Below are positions 61,329-64,000 of a stretch of DNA of 64,000 nt, piece by piece. The translations under genes and the position numbers were made by a program. The stretch is from NCBI GenBank assembly GCA_964252035.1, contig OZ176201.1; one strand, 5' to 3'. Position 1 is the first letter of the stretch; every line of letters starts with the position of its first letter. The notes beneath the pieces are model-generated. The model was not told where the DNA came from. It did no database searches and worked only from the letters and a program-made list of their open reading frames with translations. This DNA is from Podarcis erhardii. Lineage: Eukaryota.

Positions 61329-63576
61329 GGATAATCACAATATTATAACAAAATCTTTATTTAACAAAATGTGCATATCACTTGATTGCAGTAAAAGCTC
61401 CAAGCAGTTTACCACAAATATGAAAATTATCAACAAAAAATAGTTTAAAACAATTAAAATTAAATGGATAAATGGATAAAAATGTGCCAACATGTCTATC
61501 TATTTATCAACATTATTTTAACACATTAACAACAACAAAAATCAACAAGATTTTAAAAATGATGTTAAATCCTTAAGCAATGTTAGCATAAACAATAATC
61601 TTCAATCAATAGTAAATCAGGCAGGTTTTGCCCAGCGCCCACAGTATGGAAGAAGGGGTTCCTATGGGAATCCATTCCAAATAGTGGGCCCTATCACAGG
61701 GAAGGCCTTCCAGCTCTGTGGTTCCATAGATGTCATTGTTGCAAAACCTGAATAAAACAGATCTCAGTCTAAAGAAAGATGGAGGGACATATGGGCTGCC
61801 CCATGTAGTACAGGTGGGGGCCAGTGTTTCTTCTGTGAAACTGGTATTTTTTGGTGGCCCGCAGAATTCCTTAGCTTTCAAAATGTGCCCCCTGGCCCCA
61901 AAAGACTGAGCACCTCAACTATATTTTGTCAACCTTCAAGCATTAAATATTATAGGATTAGATTATGCAAGTATACTGAGAGAGCAGCTGATTCAACGCC
62001 TGATAATATTGACTACCGTGTGTGCAAACTGACCCAACTGAAAAACACTGAGCGAGTTATACCCATACATGAAGGGTCCCAACAGGGCTTACTAAATCCC
62101 TGTTTTCTCCCTTCTTGCTTATCTGCAGGCATGGATATTTGCACAGGCAGTGTAGTAGGACATTAGGGTGAATGGGAGATCTGAGTGCCCCTCCCGTTCA
62201 GACCTCCCTCTCTGTCCAATTACCAGTTACTAAGACTCCAAATAACATTGTATTCTAACTGATGGCACATTCACACATCAAATGATGAAAATGCACTACA
62301 GGCATGAGTATCCCTCCTGCCCAGGTCAAATGATACAGCACAGCAGCTAGCTGATTATCACTTGCAGTTATTCTGTTATACTGCAGGACCAGCTGGCATT
62401 CCGTATACTGGACTAATTCATATAGCAGAGGAGCACTAAACAGACATATGCAACAAGGTTCAAAAAAGGAGCCCGCAGCTGGGTTTCAGCTTCAGGATAG
62501 TCTAAATATAACACTGGATACTTGAGGAGTCAGATATCTAACATCCTGGAACAACATGCCATGCAATTATGCTCCATATATTGCCTTGGGGGCAAATTAG
62601 ATGGGGGGGGGGGACTGAGCAAGTGGAGAACAATAAATCTTTCCAAAGTTTGTTGTTCTATTTCTCAAGCTTGCATTGTCTCCAAAGTAGCTCACCAATT
62701 CTGTACAAAGCACAGCAGAACAGAATTCATCCAAATGCAGTATGTGTTATAATTCTAGCACAATGCTGAACTGCTAGGGTTGGTCAGCTAGAAAACTGGG
62801 TGAAGGGTAGTTTCAAAAGGCTGTGGAGAAAAATGCAAGCAGCAGAGTTCATCCTTAATACAGAATCAGTGGGTGAATTCAAAGAACCAGGTTATTCATA
62901 GACACTTTCAGCCATCGCCCAATATCCTGACTGGTCACTTGACACTTTCAACATTTGGTGACTCATTCACAATGGTCTTTTAATAGTAGCTGCCAAAGTG
63001 AAGTCCCATCTGATGAGATTCTTGGGTGTCTGCTTGCCAACAAATGGCCTGGATCCAGAATATTTTCTCTATTCCTATGGCATCTTAGAGTTAACTCACA
63101 GCAATCTCTCCATCTTGCTCACTGCTGAAGAATCCCAATGTTCTCCTGCCTTCTTATAAAGTGGCTGGATTTGCCCTTCTTATATAATATCCCTTATTAA
63201 GTGTGGAGAGGTGAGCCAGAATTTGAGTGCTGTTGCTCATTTGACTCTGATTCATCTTTAGGTAAGATGGATGAAATTACACCATATACTAAGCCATGGG
63301 GATATGAGGATCTTCACATGAAGCTGGGGAAGCAAGGACCAAAGGCCTTCACTTCAGGCTGCAAGTTCCCAAGGGCAGAAGCCTGTGCTTGCTTGCTTAT
63401 GTTGCTTGAATTGAATGGGTACAAACACTTTGATAGTGCTAAGGAGGAAGGAAAGAGCAGCTACCAAGCACCAGGATCAGTTAAAGCTATTGACTGAAGC
63501 AGGGCTAGCTCATGTGGTACCTTCCAAGAGTACAACTCCCATCATCTTAGCCCATTGGCTGGAGCTGATGGAAGTT

Positions 63577-63701
63577 GGCTCAGCTGGTAGAGCATGAGAC
63601 TCTTAATCCCAGGGGCGTTGATTTGAGATTCAAGATTCCTTCACTGCAGGGTGTCAGACTAGATGATCCTTGTTGTCGCTTCCAACTCTATGATTCTATG
63701 A
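63577..63701 (+). mobile_element. tRNA(Lys)-derived SINE with CR1 tail, inside a decayed hAT-like MITE
   Basis: GGCTCAGCTGGTAGAGCATGAGACTCTTAATC head, TTCCAACTCTATGATTCTATGA tail. Confidence 0.75.
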
Positions 63702-63730
63702 ACAATATCTGGAGGGCAGCATGTTGGCTC

Positions 63731-63866
63731 CAGTGTTTCCCAAGCTTGGGTCTCGAGCTGTTTTTGGACTACAACTCCCATCATCCCTAGCTAGCAAAAC
63801 CAGTGGTCAGGGATCATGGGAACTGTAGTCCAAAAACAGCTGGAGACCCAAGGTTGGGAAACACTG
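63731..63866. mobile_element. hAT-type palindromic MITE
   Basis: CAGTGTTTCCCAAGCTTGGGTCTC...GAGACCCAAGGTTGGGAAACACTG. Confidence 0.85.
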
Positions 63867-64000
63867 GGCTAGACTATGAGCTATAGAGGACAAAGAGCAA
63901 GACACACAAGATTGCTAGGGAGCAGCAATTTGGGTACTAAATCTAAAAAAGTGAACACAGAATGAAAGAACAGAGAGAATACAAATGTGGTCAGCATGAT

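Noticed and set aside
55300-64000. 3' exons of the expected syntenic neighbour TAMM41
   Set aside because: No sequence encoding the recalled C-terminus (GIFTAG...KMWKG) was found

Overview
Vertebrate genomic DNA, most likely a squamate and probably a lacertid lizard, inferred from Sauria SINE, Squam3-like SINE and squamate MITE/L1/L2/CR1 content. The window holds the 5' half of VGLL4 (vestigial-like 4, TEAD co-factor) on the minus strand. It has a CpG-island promoter with a non-coding first exon (donor at 54550), the METPLDV... coding exon (49866-49929) and an alternative internal first coding exon MLFMKMDLL... (19865-19949). The shared downstream exons were not found and presumably lie left of position 1. 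The rest is intronic or upstream DNA dense in transposable-element relics: Tigger/pogo-like and hAT MITEs, three solo LTRs with 5-bp TSDs, L1, L2, CR1, RTE, SINEs and a Penelope-like insert. Nearly all ORF-track ORFs are spurious or TE-derived. No prokaryote-type system, CRISPR, rRNA or true tRNA gene is present. The strongest leads are four. (1) A complete minimal hammerhead ribozyme lies in the VGLL4 sense strand about 310 nt into an intron, inside a young Penelope-like insert whose perfect 89-bp inverted repeat should sequester it. (2) A protein-like ORF (acidic, then Arg/Lys-rich) is carried inside solo LTRs and is conserved at codon level between two diverged copies. (3) A hairpin-associated codon insertion appears in the otherwise ultraconserved VGLL4 MLFMK exon. 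(4) An identical 19-bp ARE/p53-like palindromic motif occurs twice, 25 kb apart. Family names come from recalled consensus features, not database searches.
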